DNA of 64,000 nt from Bacillota bacterium (GTDB taxonomy: Bacteria > Bacillota > JAAYKD01), in NCBI GenBank assembly GCA_963666425.2, contig OY762825.2, positions 1,088,001-1,152,000 of the forward strand, read 5' to 3'. Shown piece by piece: positions 31,934-44,981 of the stretch. The notes under the pieces are model-generated. The model saw only the letters and a list, made by a program, of their open reading frames with translations, searched no databases and was not told the origin of the DNA. The stretch's first letter is position 1. Each line of letters opens with the position of its first letter. The position numbers and the translations under genes are program-made.

Positions 31934-33357
31934 TTTTTGAACGCAGCCGTGCGGGCAGAAGCTGCTCCATCCTGCCTGCTTGTGATGTCGAAAAAACCGA
32001 CCTGCCTGAAGCAATGAGAAGAGCAGCCGCACCTCGGCTGCCGATGGTTTCGGAAATTGACCTCAGCCGTCATTACTCTGAATTGGAAAAACATATTCAT
32101 GGGGTAAATGACGGTTTCTATCCCCTCGGTTCCTGTACAATGAAATACAATCCGCAGATCGATGAAGAAATCGCCGCCTTAGCGGGTTTTACCGGTGTCC
32201 ATCCGCTGCAGCCCAGCGATACTGTCCAGGGCAGTCTTGAGGTTTTAACAGCTACCAAAGCGATTTTGTGTGAAATCACCGGTATGGATGATCTGACCTT
32301 CCAACCGGCAGCCGGTGCGCACGGCGAATTGACCGGCATGCTGATGATCAAAGCTTATCATCAGAGCAAAGGCCAGAGCGAGCGCAACAAAATCATTGTA
32401 CCGGATGCGGCGCATGGCACTAATCCAGCATCCGCCACTATGGCTGGTTTCACCGTGATCAGCATTGCCTCCAACGCCAAAGGCTGCGTCGATCTGGATT
32501 TGCTGCGGCAGGCAGTCGGTCCTGATACAGCCGGGTTGATGCTAACCAATCCCAACACAGTGGGGATCTTTGATGAAAATATTCTGGAAATCACGAAAAT
32601 CATCCATGAAGCCGGCGGCCTGAATTATTATGACGGCGCCAATCTCAACGCGATTATGGGCATTGTCCGTCCCGGTGAGATGGGTTTTGACGTCATTCAC
32701 CTGAACCTGCATAAGTCCTTCGCCACACCGCATGGCGGTGGCGGACCCGGTTCGGGCCCGGTCGGCTGCAAGGCTTTTCTGGCTCCCTTTTTGCCGCTGA
32801 ATCAGCCGGCCATCGCTGAGGATGGCACCTACTGCCTCAGTCAGCCGGAACAATCGATCGGCAGCGTCAAAGCCTTTTATGGCAATTTCCTGGTGGTGGT
32901 CAAAGCGCTGACTTATCTCTTGACCTTAGGCGCCGAAGGGGTTCCCGAAGTCGCTGCCAATGCGGTTTTGAATGCCAATTACCTGCGCGTTCTCTTAGCC
33001 CAAAAATACGAGATTGCCTTCAATGGGATTTGTATGCACGAATTCGTGATCAGCCTGGCGCGTATGCATCAACAAAATGGTGTCTCTGCTATGGATATTG
33101 CCAAAGCAATTCTCGATAACGGCATGCATCCTCCCACCATGTATTTCCCGATGATTGTGGAAGAAGCGTTGATGGTAGAACCGACCGAGACAGAATCGAA
33201 AGAAACCCTGGATGCGGCCGCAGCCATTTACCTTGCCATTTATGACCAAGCCCTTGCCAATCCACAGTCTCTGCATGATGCCCCCATCACGACCCCAGTC
33301 CGCCGTTTGGATGAAGTCGGTGCCGCCCGCAACCCAAGAGTCAGATATCAATTCTAA
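31924..33357 (+). CDS. gcvPB: Glycine dehydrogenase subunit 2
   Basis: PLGSCTMKYNP, HLNLHKSFATPHGGGGPG (PLP Lys), EPTETES. Confidence 0.97.
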   Translation: MQLIFERSRAGRSCSILPACDVEKTDLPEAMRRAAAPRLPMVSEIDLSRHYSELEKHIHGVNDGFYPLGSCTMKYNPQIDEEIAALAGFTGVHPLQPSDTVQGSLEVLTATKAILCEITGMDDLTFQPAAGAHGELTGMLMIKAYHQSKGQSERNKIIVPDAAHGTNPASATMAGFTVISIASNAKGCVDLDLLRQAVGPDTAGLMLTNPNTVGIFDENILEITKIIHEAGGLNYYDGANLNAIMGIVRPGEMGFDVIHLNLHKSFATPHGGGGPGSGPVGCKAFLAPFLPLNQPAIAEDGTYCLSQPEQSIGSVKAFYGNFLVVVKALTYLLTLGAEGVPEVAANAVLNANYLRVLLAQKYEIAFNGICMHEFVISLARMHQQNGVSAMDIAKAILDNGMHPPTMYFPMIVEEALMVEPTETESKETLDAAAAIYLAIYDQALANPQSLHDAPITTPVRRLDEVGAARNPRVRYQF

Positions 33358-33391
33358 CCGTATTGCTCAAGAAAAAGGAGAAACTGCTGCC

Positions 33392-34384
33392 ATGCTGGAA
33401 GCTTTAAAATACCTTGCCGTGCCGCAAACCGATCCTTATCATAATCTGGCTTTGGAGGAACATCTGCTGCGCAGCGTTCCTGATGATACCGTGATTCTCT
33501 ATCTTTGGCAGAATCAAAACACGGTAGTCATCGGACGAAACCAAAACGCCTGGCGTGAATGCAATGTCAGCCGCTTGGAACAGGACGGAGCCAGACTTGC
33601 CCGCCGTCTATCCGGCGGCGGCGCTGTTTTTCATGATTTAGGCAATTTGAATTTCACTTTTCTGGCTCAGAAACCCCTTTTTGATATCAATAAGCAATTG
33701 CAGGTCATCTTGCTTGCGCTAAAGCAATGGGGTCTTGCTGCCGAAATCAGCGGCCGCAACGATCTCACCATCGCAGGCAAGAAGTTCTCCGGCAATGCCT
33801 TTTACATGAGTCAAACGGGCTGTTATCATCATGGCACACTCCTGGTCGATGTTGATTTCAGCAACCTGCAGCAGTATCTGCAGGTTTCAGCAGAAAAATT
33901 GGCTGCCAAAGGCGTCGCTTCGGTCCAATCCAGAGTGGTGAATCTGGCGAGTCTCAATCCAAGCCTCACAGTAGAAAACCTGCAGCCGGCTCTGCTGCAG
34001 GCCTTTGCTGCGGTTTATGGCTTGCAGCCGCAGCCGATCGAATTATCACCGACCGACAAAGCGAATCTACTGCGGCTCAAAGAAAGATATGCCTCCTGGG
34101 ATTGGAATTATGGCCAACAGTTCCCTTTCAGCATCGAATGGGCAAACCGCTTTACTTGGGGTGAAATACAAATCCGCGTTCAGGTCAATCATGGCTGTAT
34201 CAGCGAAGCACATGTCTATACCGATGCCATGGCGGTCGATTTCGCCGCACAATTAGCCGCTTTATTCACGGGCTGCCCTTTGCAAAAAGACGCCCTGCAG
34301 AAGGCCTGTGCCGCACTGCCCTTAACCAACGACTTTACCGAAGCAATGCGCGTCCAAATTCAGAGTTTGTTTAATAACCTATAG
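33392..34384 (+). CDS. lplA: Lipoate--protein ligase A
   Basis: NLALEE, VVIGRNQN, RRLSGGGAVFHD, KFSGNA, HHGTLL; start reset to ATG 33392 behind AAAGGAG. Confidence 0.93.
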   Translation: MLEALKYLAVPQTDPYHNLALEEHLLRSVPDDTVILYLWQNQNTVVIGRNQNAWRECNVSRLEQDGARLARRLSGGGAVFHDLGNLNFTFLAQKPLFDINKQLQVILLALKQWGLAAEISGRNDLTIAGKKFSGNAFYMSQTGCYHHGTLLVDVDFSNLQQYLQVSAEKLAAKGVASVQSRVVNLASLNPSLTVENLQPALLQAFAAVYGLQPQPIELSPTDKANLLRLKERYASWDWNYGQQFPFSIEWANRFTWGEIQIRVQVNHGCISEAHVYTDAMAVDFAAQLAALFTGCPLQKDALQKACAALPLTNDFTEAMRVQIQSLFNNL

Positions 34385-34402
34385 CGAGGAGAGATTGGAT
34401 CG

Positions 34403-35800
34403 ATGTCAGATAATTATCAATTAATGGTACTCGGCGCAGGTCCGGGTGGCTATGTGGCTGCCATCAAAGCGGCTCAATTAGGCCTGCACACCGCGCTGGT
34501 AGAAAAGGATTTGGTCGGCGGCACCTGCCTGAACCGCGGCTGCATTCCCACCAAAACGATCCTGCACAGTACTGAACTGCTCCGAGAACTGCGGGAAGCA
34601 GAAAAGCTTGGTATTCATGCAGACAACCTGGCTTTTGATTTCAACGTCCTGCATCAACGCAAAAATGAAGTGGTCAGCCAGCTTCGCTCCGGAATTGAAC
34701 AGCTCGTGAAAGCCAATCAAATTGATTTGATCCGGGGCAATGCCACCATTCTTGCAGCAAATAAGGTGAGAGTCGGCGCGCTGGAATATACAACCGAGCA
34801 TATACTGATTGCCACCGGTTCAGAGCCCGCCTTGCCGCCGATTCCCGGACTGAATCTGCCCAATGTCGTTACCAGCGATGATTTGCTTGGCAATCCCAAG
34901 GCGTTTTATCAGCGTCTGGTCATCATCGGCGGCGGTGTGATCGGGGTAGAATTTGCCGGTATCTTTGCTGCCTTAGACTGCCAGGTCTCAATCATTGAAG
35001 CGATGGATCGCATTCTACCGCAGATAGACCGTGAGGTCTCGCAAAATCTGACCATGATTTATAAAAAGCGCGGTATCGCAATCAACACCGGCTGCCGCGT
35101 GGAGAAAATTGAACAAGGAGAGAATGGTTTGATTTGCCGCTTCAGCAAACAGGATCAGAGTTTTGATCTGGAAGCAGACGGGGTTTTGGTCGCCATCGGC
35201 CGCAAAGCCAACACAGCCGGTCTCTTGACTGCTGGTTTGGATCTCAACCTGCAGCACGGTCAGATTCCGGTCAATGACCACTTTGAAACGTGCATTCCTG
35301 GTATTTACGCCATCGGTGATGTTGTTTATGGCAGCATTCAATTGGCTCATCTGGCTTCCGCGCAAGGCATCAATGCCGTCTCAGCCATTGCCGGTTTACC
35401 GATGCCGGTTGACAGCCAGACTGTCCCCTCCTGCATTTATACCCGCCCTGAAATTGCTACGGTTGGAATCAATGCCGATACCGCCAAAACCATGGGGCTT
35501 GCGGTAAAAGTCGGCAAATACTCCATGCTGGGCAACGGTAAATCCATCATCGCCCAAGCGGACCGCGGCTTTATCCGGATTGTCAGCGATGCCGAAACCG
35601 GTGTTATTTTAGGCGCTCAGCTGATGTGTGAACGGGCGACCGACATGATCAGCGAATTTACCACCGCTGTTACTAATCGCTTAACCGTGGAACAAATGAT
35701 CCGCGTTGTGCGGCCGCATCCTACCTTTAACGAAGCCGCCAGCGAAGCTTTGGAGGATATCTTGGGTAATGCCATCCATTCGGCGCCGAAAAGAAGGTAA
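34403..35800 (+). CDS. lpdA: Dihydrolipoyl dehydrogenase (L protein)
   Basis: GAGPGG, GGTCLNRGCIP, GGGVIGVE, HPTFNE. Confidence 0.96.
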   Translation: MSDNYQLMVLGAGPGGYVAAIKAAQLGLHTALVEKDLVGGTCLNRGCIPTKTILHSTELLRELREAEKLGIHADNLAFDFNVLHQRKNEVVSQLRSGIEQLVKANQIDLIRGNATILAANKVRVGALEYTTEHILIATGSEPALPPIPGLNLPNVVTSDDLLGNPKAFYQRLVIIGGGVIGVEFAGIFAALDCQVSIIEAMDRILPQIDREVSQNLTMIYKKRGIAINTGCRVEKIEQGENGLICRFSKQDQSFDLEADGVLVAIGRKANTAGLLTAGLDLNLQHGQIPVNDHFETCIPGIYAIGDVVYGSIQLAHLASAQGINAVSAIAGLPMPVDSQTVPSCIYTRPEIATVGINADTAKTMGLAVKVGKYSMLGNGKSIIAQADRGFIRIVSDAETGVILGAQLMCERATDMISEFTTAVTNRLTVEQMIRVVRPHPTFNEAASEALEDILGNAIHSAPKRR

Positions 35801-35818
35801 GTAAAGTTCAAATTGAGC

Positions 35819-35873
35819 AAAGGTGCTGTCCTGACCTGTGTCTTAAAAAACGCAGGTCGGGCAGCACTTTTTA
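35819..35873 (+). terminator. Terminator of the gcv operon
   Basis: GTGCTGTCCTGACCTG...CAGGTCGGGCAGCAC followed by a T-run. Confidence 0.75.
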
Positions 35874-35986
35874 TTTTATACAAAAGGAATGTGTTTTATT
35901 TACTGCTATTTGCTTTTTATGTCTTTACAAGAAAACTGTATCATGTTAATATTACGTTAATGGAAATAATCCGCTGATGCAAAGGA

Positions 35987-37240
35987 ATGAATGCAATGAA
36001 GGCTATGCCCAGTAAGGGGAATCCCTTTTCCGCACTGCGTTACCCCAATTTTCGCTTATTCTGGTCCGGCAGAGCCATCAGTTTGATTGGCTCTTGGGTC
36101 CAGCGTGCCAGTCAATCCTGGCTGGTTCTGCAAATGACCAATTCACCCTTAAAACTTGGTTTGGTCAATGCCGCCCAGTTTTTGCCTTTTATTTTTCTTT
36201 CACTTTACGCCGGCGTTTTGATTGACCGCGTATCTAAACGCACTGTTATCCTTTGGACGCAGATTGGTCTGACCATTCAAGCGCTGATTTTAGCGTTTCT
36301 GGTCTACACACACACTGTACAATATTGGCATATTCTCTGCTTGGCATTGCTGCAAGGAATCTGCACTTCTTTTGATAACCCCGCCCGACAATCCATGGTC
36401 AGCGATATCGTGCCCCGTGAAGAGGTGCTGAACGCAGTCTCTCTGAATTCTGCCATTGTCAATGGAGCCCGTATCGTCGGACCGGCGATTGGCGGTTTGG
36501 CCATGGATTTTTTTGGCGCCGCTCTCTCCTTTCTGCTTAATGCGATCAGCTTTCTCTTTGTCATCGCTGCTTTGCTGTTGATGAAAATGCCCGCCAAAGC
36601 TGCAAATAACAAACCCAAAAACACACTGGGAGATATTAAAGAAGGCCTCAGTTACGCCATTAAAACACCAACCGTCCGCAATGTATTGGGCATGGTCAGC
36701 TTAACCAGTATGTTTGCTTTAAATCTCAACGTGCTGGTCCCGGTCTTTGCCAGTCAGGTTCTGCATATGAGTGCCACCGGTTATGGCATCTTGATGTCCT
36801 CCATGGGTGCCGGTGCGGTGCTGGGCGCAGTAGTGCTAGCCTCCTTATCTTATAACGGACCGCAAACCCTGTTTATTTACTTGGGTGCTTCACTGGTTTG
36901 CCTCTTGGAAATGACCATGCTTCTGCCCCATACTTTTATTACAGCCTCGATCGTCATGTTTTTTATCGGTATCACCCAGATCACCTATAGCGCTACCTGT
37001 AATTCCACGCTGCAGCTGACCGCCCCCGATCACCTGCGCGGGCGCGTGATGTCACTTTACTCCATGCTCAACGGCGGCGTTACTCCCTTTGGCAATACCA
37101 TTGCCGGAGGAATCGCTGAATTCGCCGGGGCGGGTGTTGGTTTCTTCTTCTGTGGTTTCTGTGGTTTACTCTGTTCCGTATTTTTATACAGTCAGCAGCG
37201 CAAACATGCTAATGATCTGCCGCTGGAAACAAACAATTAA
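35987..37240 (+). CDS. MFS transporter (DUF894/EntS-like)
   Basis: About 12 hydrophobic segments, GVLIDRVSKR motif A, FDNPARQS, LRGRVMSLY. Confidence 0.9.
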   Translation: MNAMKAMPSKGNPFSALRYPNFRLFWSGRAISLIGSWVQRASQSWLVLQMTNSPLKLGLVNAAQFLPFIFLSLYAGVLIDRVSKRTVILWTQIGLTIQALILAFLVYTHTVQYWHILCLALLQGICTSFDNPARQSMVSDIVPREEVLNAVSLNSAIVNGARIVGPAIGGLAMDFFGAALSFLLNAISFLFVIAALLLMKMPAKAANNKPKNTLGDIKEGLSYAIKTPTVRNVLGMVSLTSMFALNLNVLVPVFASQVLHMSATGYGILMSSMGAGAVLGAVVLASLSYNGPQTLFIYLGASLVCLLEMTMLLPHTFITASIVMFFIGITQITYSATCNSTLQLTAPDHLRGRVMSLYSMLNGGVTPFGNTIAGGIAEFAGAGVGFFFCGFCGLLCSVFLYSQQRKHANDLPLETNN

Positions 37241-37289
37241 AGCAAATCTAAAACTTGGCGCTGCCTGAAGAGCCGCAGTCATCGAGTAA

Positions 37290-37328
37290 AAATAAGCAGA
37301 TCCGTAAATCGATACGGATCTGCTTTTT
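37290..37328. terminator. Bidirectional terminator between convergent genes
   Basis: AAGCAGATCCGTA-loop-TACGGATCTGCTTTTT. Confidence 0.8.
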
Positions 37329-37355
37329 AAATTTCTAGTGATCACTCGATGCGTT

Positions 37356-38186
37356 TCACTTCTGGCATGCTTTCTGGCAATTCGGGCAAAAATAGATGCT
37401 GCCGCCTAAATAAGCTTCTTTACTCAGCACTCCACCACAGAGTGGACAGGGTTGAGTAAGGCGATTCTTTGACATTTTTGTACGATAACCGCCAGGCTGA
37501 CCAAAAATATTTCGTTCCGTATCCCTGCCGCCACGCTCTGTCATCTCCTTCAGTGTGGTTTTGACAGATTGATAAAGCCTGCGTAAATCTGCTTCTGTTA
37601 AGTTCTGCAACTTGCATTTTGGGTGGATTGCTACCTGCCAAAGAATATCCTGCAGCACGCCGTTGCCGAGACCTGGAATACGTTGTTCCGTTGCAAGAAA
37701 AGCCTTAGCAGAAAGCGATTTTTTCGCCGGTATCAGCTGTTGGAAATAATTCCAGTCGAATTCTTCCCGCAGCGGAGAAATCGCTGCTCGGGAACCCAAA
37801 TAATACGAATTGGCATAACTGCCTTCTGTAAATGCCATGATACCGCCATACATTTGTACCGTGACATACAAAGCGCTGCCATTATCAAATATCAGCTCAA
37901 GCTGATGTTTGGCTGGGGGTTTTTCATTAACCGCAATATAATGCAGGATAGCACCGTCGTTCACCACCAAACGCAGTTGGCCCAACTGCAGTTCCACCAT
38001 ACCGCCGAAGGAAACTGCCCTGTCCAATGTCAATCCAAGCAATAAGGTGGGATAAGCTTCTGCATCACCATGAAAAAAAGCAAATTTGTGAGGAGACTGA
38101 TTCACCGTCACCCTGGTCACCGTTCTCCCGGTCAATACTGCATTGATTTGTTGAGCGGCTGTCACCGCTTCCGGTAATTCGTACAT
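37356..38186 (-). CDS. Fpg/Nei-family DNA glycosylase homolog (atypical N-terminus)
   Basis: MYELPE start, H2TH IPGLGNG, C-terminal zinc finger CPLC...CPNCQ. Confidence 0.85.
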   Translation of the reverse strand: MYELPEAVTAAQQINAVLTGRTVTRVTVNQSPHKFAFFHGDAEAYPTLLLGLTLDRAVSFGGMVELQLGQLRLVVNDGAILHYIAVNEKPPAKHQLELIFDNGSALYVTVQMYGGIMAFTEGSYANSYYLGSRAAISPLREEFDWNYFQQLIPAKKSLSAKAFLATEQRIPGLGNGVLQDILWQVAIHPKCKLQNLTEADLRRLYQSVKTTLKEMTERGGRDTERNIFGQPGGYRTKMSKNRLTQPCPLCGGVLSKEAYLGGSIYFCPNCQKACQK

Positions 38187-38210
38187 CGTGCAAACCTCCC
38201 TTTCTTCTGT

Positions 38211-39389
38211 TTACCAAACGATCCTGCGGTACTGTTCGGCATCGGTATCCCCTTCGGTGCTGAATACCAGCACACGCGATGTTTCATCGAGACCCAAACG
38301 GCTGCGCCAGACAGCATTGCGCGGATGCAGTAAGAGCTGCATAGCAAAAGCAAAGCCGGCGGCACCGCTTTCCCCCGAGATCACCTGACGATCGCCTCTG
38401 AGGGGATTACCCAGAATTCGCATCCCTTCGGCGGCTGCCGCATCGGTAATGGAGGCAAACCAATCCGCTTCCGCCTGTAAAATCGGCCAGGCCAGCGGAT
38501 TCGGTTCCCCACAAGCCAGTCCTGCCATGATTGTTTTCAGATCGCCGTCAACGAAATGCAAGATGCCGTCGTTCGCTTTGACCGTCCGGTAGAGACAATC
38601 GGCTGCGTCTGCTTCCACAACAATACAGATCGGCTGTGCTTTGCCGCAGACTTGTCGAAAAAAGCCAATCACCGCCGCCGCCAAAGAGCCGACACCCGCC
38701 TGAATAACAATATGAGTAGGCAAACGCCCGTTTAGCTGCTGCAACGCCTCCAATGCCATTGTTGTATAACCCTGCATAATCCAGCAAGGAATCTGTTCAT
38801 AACCTGGCCAAGCGGTGTCCTGCACCACCACCCAGCCGTTTTCGTCCGCCTTCCGCTTTGCCAGCCGAACCGCCTGATCATAATTCAGTTCAGTGATTTC
38901 CGCCCTGGCTCCTGTTTCGCGTATTCGCTGCAAACGTTCCGGTGAACTGCCCTTCGGCAAATAAACAACTGCCGGCTGACCCAATTGAGCTGCCGTCCAA
39001 GCAACGCCACGGCCATGATTTCCATCGGTCGCAGTAACAAAAGTGATCTTTCCCAATTGCCTCTGCACAGATTCAGAAGTAAGTTCCTGATAACTCAGCT
39101 GCTGTGGCTGCCAGTGCAGACGTTCTGCCAGATAGCTTCCGATCGCAAAACTGCCGCCCAAAACTTTAAAGGCATTCAAACCAAAGCGGTAAGATTCATC
39201 TTTCAGCCAAATGTCCGAAACACCGCAATGCTTTGCCAGCGAAGACAGACACAGCAGTGGAGTTGGCTGGTAGTGAGGAAAACTATTATGAAAATGCTGC
39301 GCTGTGGCAGCTGCTTCTAAATTTAGCCAAGCGGGCAGCTCCTGCCTGCTGTTCCTAAGCCGATTCGCAATACATCGAAATTTTCTCAT
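38211..39389 (-). CDS. dpaL: Diaminopropionate ammonia-lyase
   Basis: KDESYRFGLNAFKVLG (PLP Lys), ATDGNHGRGVA, VQDTAW, QAGVGS, MAGLACGE, GESGAAG. Confidence 0.93.
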   Translation of the reverse strand: MRKFRCIANRLRNSRQELPAWLNLEAAATAQHFHNSFPHYQPTPLLCLSSLAKHCGVSDIWLKDESYRFGLNAFKVLGGSFAIGSYLAERLHWQPQQLSYQELTSESVQRQLGKITFVTATDGNHGRGVAWTAAQLGQPAVVYLPKGSSPERLQRIRETGARAEITELNYDQAVRLAKRKADENGWVVVQDTAWPGYEQIPCWIMQGYTTMALEALQQLNGRLPTHIVIQAGVGSLAAAVIGFFRQVCGKAQPICIVVEADAADCLYRTVKANDGILHFVDGDLKTIMAGLACGEPNPLAWPILQAEADWFASITDAAAAEGMRILGNPLRGDRQVISGESGAAGFAFAMQLLLHPRNAVWRSRLGLDETSRVLVFSTEGDTDAEQYRRIVW

Positions 39390-39646
39390 CGAATCCCCCC
39401 TAATTGCTCATTTCTTACCGATTAAAAATCCCAAAAACTTGGTTTGACTGCATCAAATCATTTTTAAAATTCGTTCTGGCTGCCGCCAATCCCTTTCCGT
39501 TAATTGGAAATCTATCCTATTTTTGAGTTTGCTGTAATTCTGGATTTCTGTAGCATGTTATGTTATACTTTGAAAAAGCCACTCAAGATCAGTATTGAAC
39601 AGCAACTTTATCAGCCGATGATTGAAATGAAAGCAGGTATTTTCCA

Positions 39647-41014
39647 ATGCATGAATTGACTCAATTAATCTATGATGATATGAAACCGGCTTTGGGTGTT
39701 ACCGAGCCGGGTGCCATCGCCTTTGCCAGCGCTTTAGCCCGCAGCTATACGCACGGGAAGATTGAGAAAATCGAGCTCAGTCTCAACTCCGGCATCTATA
39801 AGAATGCTTTCACCTGCGGTATCCCCAATACCAGTGAGGTGGGCAATCTTTATGCGGCAGCCTTGGGAGCTGCTGTGAACCAACCCGAGAAAGGCTTGCA
39901 GCTCTTAGGTGAAATCACCGCAGCCGACCGCCAAACAGCCGATCAACTTCTCTTAGAAAAACGCGTCAGCGCCATGGTCAGCGGCATCAGTCCCGAAATC
40001 TATATTTCTGCGACGGTGATTACCGTCAATGACCGCTGCCGCGTGATCATCCGCGATAAACATACCAATGTCTGCGCAATTCTAGTCAACGATCAGATGA
40101 TACAAGCCGAAGCTTATCTAAACACCTTGCTTCCCCAACCGATTCCAGAAAACACTCCATCGCAAAGCTCTGCTCTTCTTGCCGATCAGGAACTCCCTTT
40201 GCCACAAAGTGCTGCTCCTCCTGCCGATCAGGAAGATGTTTTAATCCATCGTTACAGCCTGAAAGAACTGCTTTCCTTTATTGAAACAGTAAAACCCGAA
40301 GAAATTGCCTTCATTGAAAATGCTTATCACATGAATGAAGAACTGTTTTTAGCTGGTTTGCATTCTGAGCGCACAACCTTCAGCCCACTACTGTTCCATC
40401 AGAACAACGATAAAGTCTTTTCAGACGATGAATTAGCTACCGCACAATTGCTATGCAACGCAGCCATCGAAGCCAGAGTAATCGGACTGGAAAAACCGGC
40501 TATGAGCATTACCGGCAGCGGCGCCCATGGCATCATCGCCACCATGCCGCTTTATGCTGTCCAAAAAATCAATCACTACTCCCAGGAGAATTTATACCGT
40601 GCTACGGCTTTGAGTTATCTGATCACCATGTATATCAAGGAATATTCCGGACGACTGTCCGCTTTCTGCGGCTGTGGTATTGCTGCCGGCACCGGAATGG
40701 CTTGTGCCGTCGCGTGGCTGAAAGGTGCAACCGATACTCAAATGGAAAAAGTCATCTGCAACATGGCATGCGGTATTACCGGAATGATCTGTGACGGAGG
40801 TAATCAGGGCTGCACCATGAAAGGGATCGTAGCGGTCGATGCCGCCTTTCGCGCAGTTGAGTTTGCTCTGCAGGATGTTTCCGTTGCACCACAGCATGGC
40901 ATCAATGGTTTGACACCGGAAGATACCATGCGCAATATGGGCTTGATTGCTTCCCCCGGCATGATCGCAACCGAAAAAACAATCATCGAAATCATGGAAA
41001 GTAAAATAAAATAA
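39647..41014 (+). CDS. L-cysteine desulfidase family (YhaM/CyuA, serine dehydratase alpha-like Fe-S enzyme)
   Basis: PALGVTEP, MSITGSGAHG, RLSAFCGC, GMICDG..QGCTMK. Confidence 0.88.
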   Translation: MHELTQLIYDDMKPALGVTEPGAIAFASALARSYTHGKIEKIELSLNSGIYKNAFTCGIPNTSEVGNLYAAALGAAVNQPEKGLQLLGEITAADRQTADQLLLEKRVSAMVSGISPEIYISATVITVNDRCRVIIRDKHTNVCAILVNDQMIQAEAYLNTLLPQPIPENTPSQSSALLADQELPLPQSAAPPADQEDVLIHRYSLKELLSFIETVKPEEIAFIENAYHMNEELFLAGLHSERTTFSPLLFHQNNDKVFSDDELATAQLLCNAAIEARVIGLEKPAMSITGSGAHGIIATMPLYAVQKINHYSQENLYRATALSYLITMYIKEYSGRLSAFCGCGIAAGTGMACAVAWLKGATDTQMEKVICNMACGITGMICDGGNQGCTMKGIVAVDAAFRAVEFALQDVSVAPQHGINGLTPEDTMRNMGLIASPGMIATEKTIIEIMESKIK

Positions 41015-41113
41015 AATTCTACCCATCCTCTTCACTCCACATCAGCTCACCGCTCAGAACACCGGCGTGTCCTCCTCGATGCTCCTTGCCAATCACCATC
41101 AGCCTACCATCCC

Positions 41114-41636
41114 GAACTCCGGCGGTATCCCGCAGGCGGCCTATGCGCTCGCGCATGAGACGCCGGAAGGATGCTGCCGGAGTTTGTTTGCAAACTCGAA
41201 ACTCATATCAACACCTCTACGTTCTCTCGCGTACAAGCAAAGGAAGTTACTTTGCCCTACCTTCCCGAACTCCGGCGGTATCCTGCAGGCGGCCTATGCG
41301 CTCGCGCATGAGACGCCGGAAGGATACTGCCGGTGTTTGTTTGCAAACTCGAAACTCATATCAACACCTCTACGTTCTCTCGCGTATAAGCAAAGGAAGG
41401 TACTTTGCCCTACCTTCAGAACGCCGGCGGTGTCCTGCAGGCGGCCTATGCGCTCGCGCATGAGACGCCGGAAGGATACTGCCGGTGTTCGTCTACACTC
41501 TCTAAAAAGTATGGTCCCCGTCCCTAGCCCTCATTCACCTCAATCTCCATCAGCCTGCCGCACAGAACACCAGTGGTGTCCTGCAGGCGGCCTATGCGCT
41601 CGCGCATGAGACGCCGGAAGGATACCACCGGTGTTC
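41114..41636. repeat. Four ~72-bp nested palindromic (REP-like) units, plus a partial unit near 41056
   Basis: Units at 41114, 41267, 41419 and 41565 share GGCGGCCTATGCGCTCGCGCATGAGACGCC inside an outer stem AAC(A/T/G)CCRGYGGTRTCC...GGATRCYRCCGG(T/A)GTT; the first two spacers are near-identical (153-bp period). Confidence 0.9.
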
Positions 41637-41696
41637 GTTTACAAGCCTGGAATTCATATATCCCCATCTCCCCGTTTTCTTTCCGCGTACATAACA

Positions 41697-41735
41697 AAAG
41701 AAAGCATTCAAGCTTACGCATGAATGCTTTCTCTT
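41697..41735. terminator. Terminator 3' of 5S rRNA
   Basis: AGAAAGCATTCA...TGAATGCTTTCT inverted repeat. Confidence 0.75.
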
Positions 41736-41742
41736 GTTGTTT

Positions 41743-41860
41743 GCCCGGCAGTTACCTACTCTCCCGGAAGGTTGCCCTTCGAGTACCATCGGCGTGGGAA
41801 GGCTTAACGGCCGTGTTCGGGATGGGAACGGGTGGATCCCTTCCGCTATCGCCACCGGAC
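41743..41860 (-). rRNA. rrf: 5S rRNA
   Basis: CCGTTCCCATCCCGAACACGG...CGCCGATGGTAC...GGGAGAGTAGGT. Confidence 0.97.
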
Positions 41861-42007
41861 TATCTCAAGAATGTGGTCTCCCACACCCTGAAAATTGCAT
41901 AGAGAAGTCAGTATTTGTCTTTCATTCGTCTAGATTCATTACTCTGCCGCATCTCGTATTTCTTTTTGCGTCGGGCTTACAACCTCACTTGCTTTTCGCA
42001 AAGCCGT

Positions 42008-44981
<2,974 letters not shown>

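Noticed and set aside
41114-41636. Repeat-spacer pattern as a CRISPR array
   Set aside because: Repeats are ~72 bp and spacers ~75-80 bp, two spacers are duplicates, and there are no cas genes or leader. ORFs 41067..41902 are by-products of the repeats.
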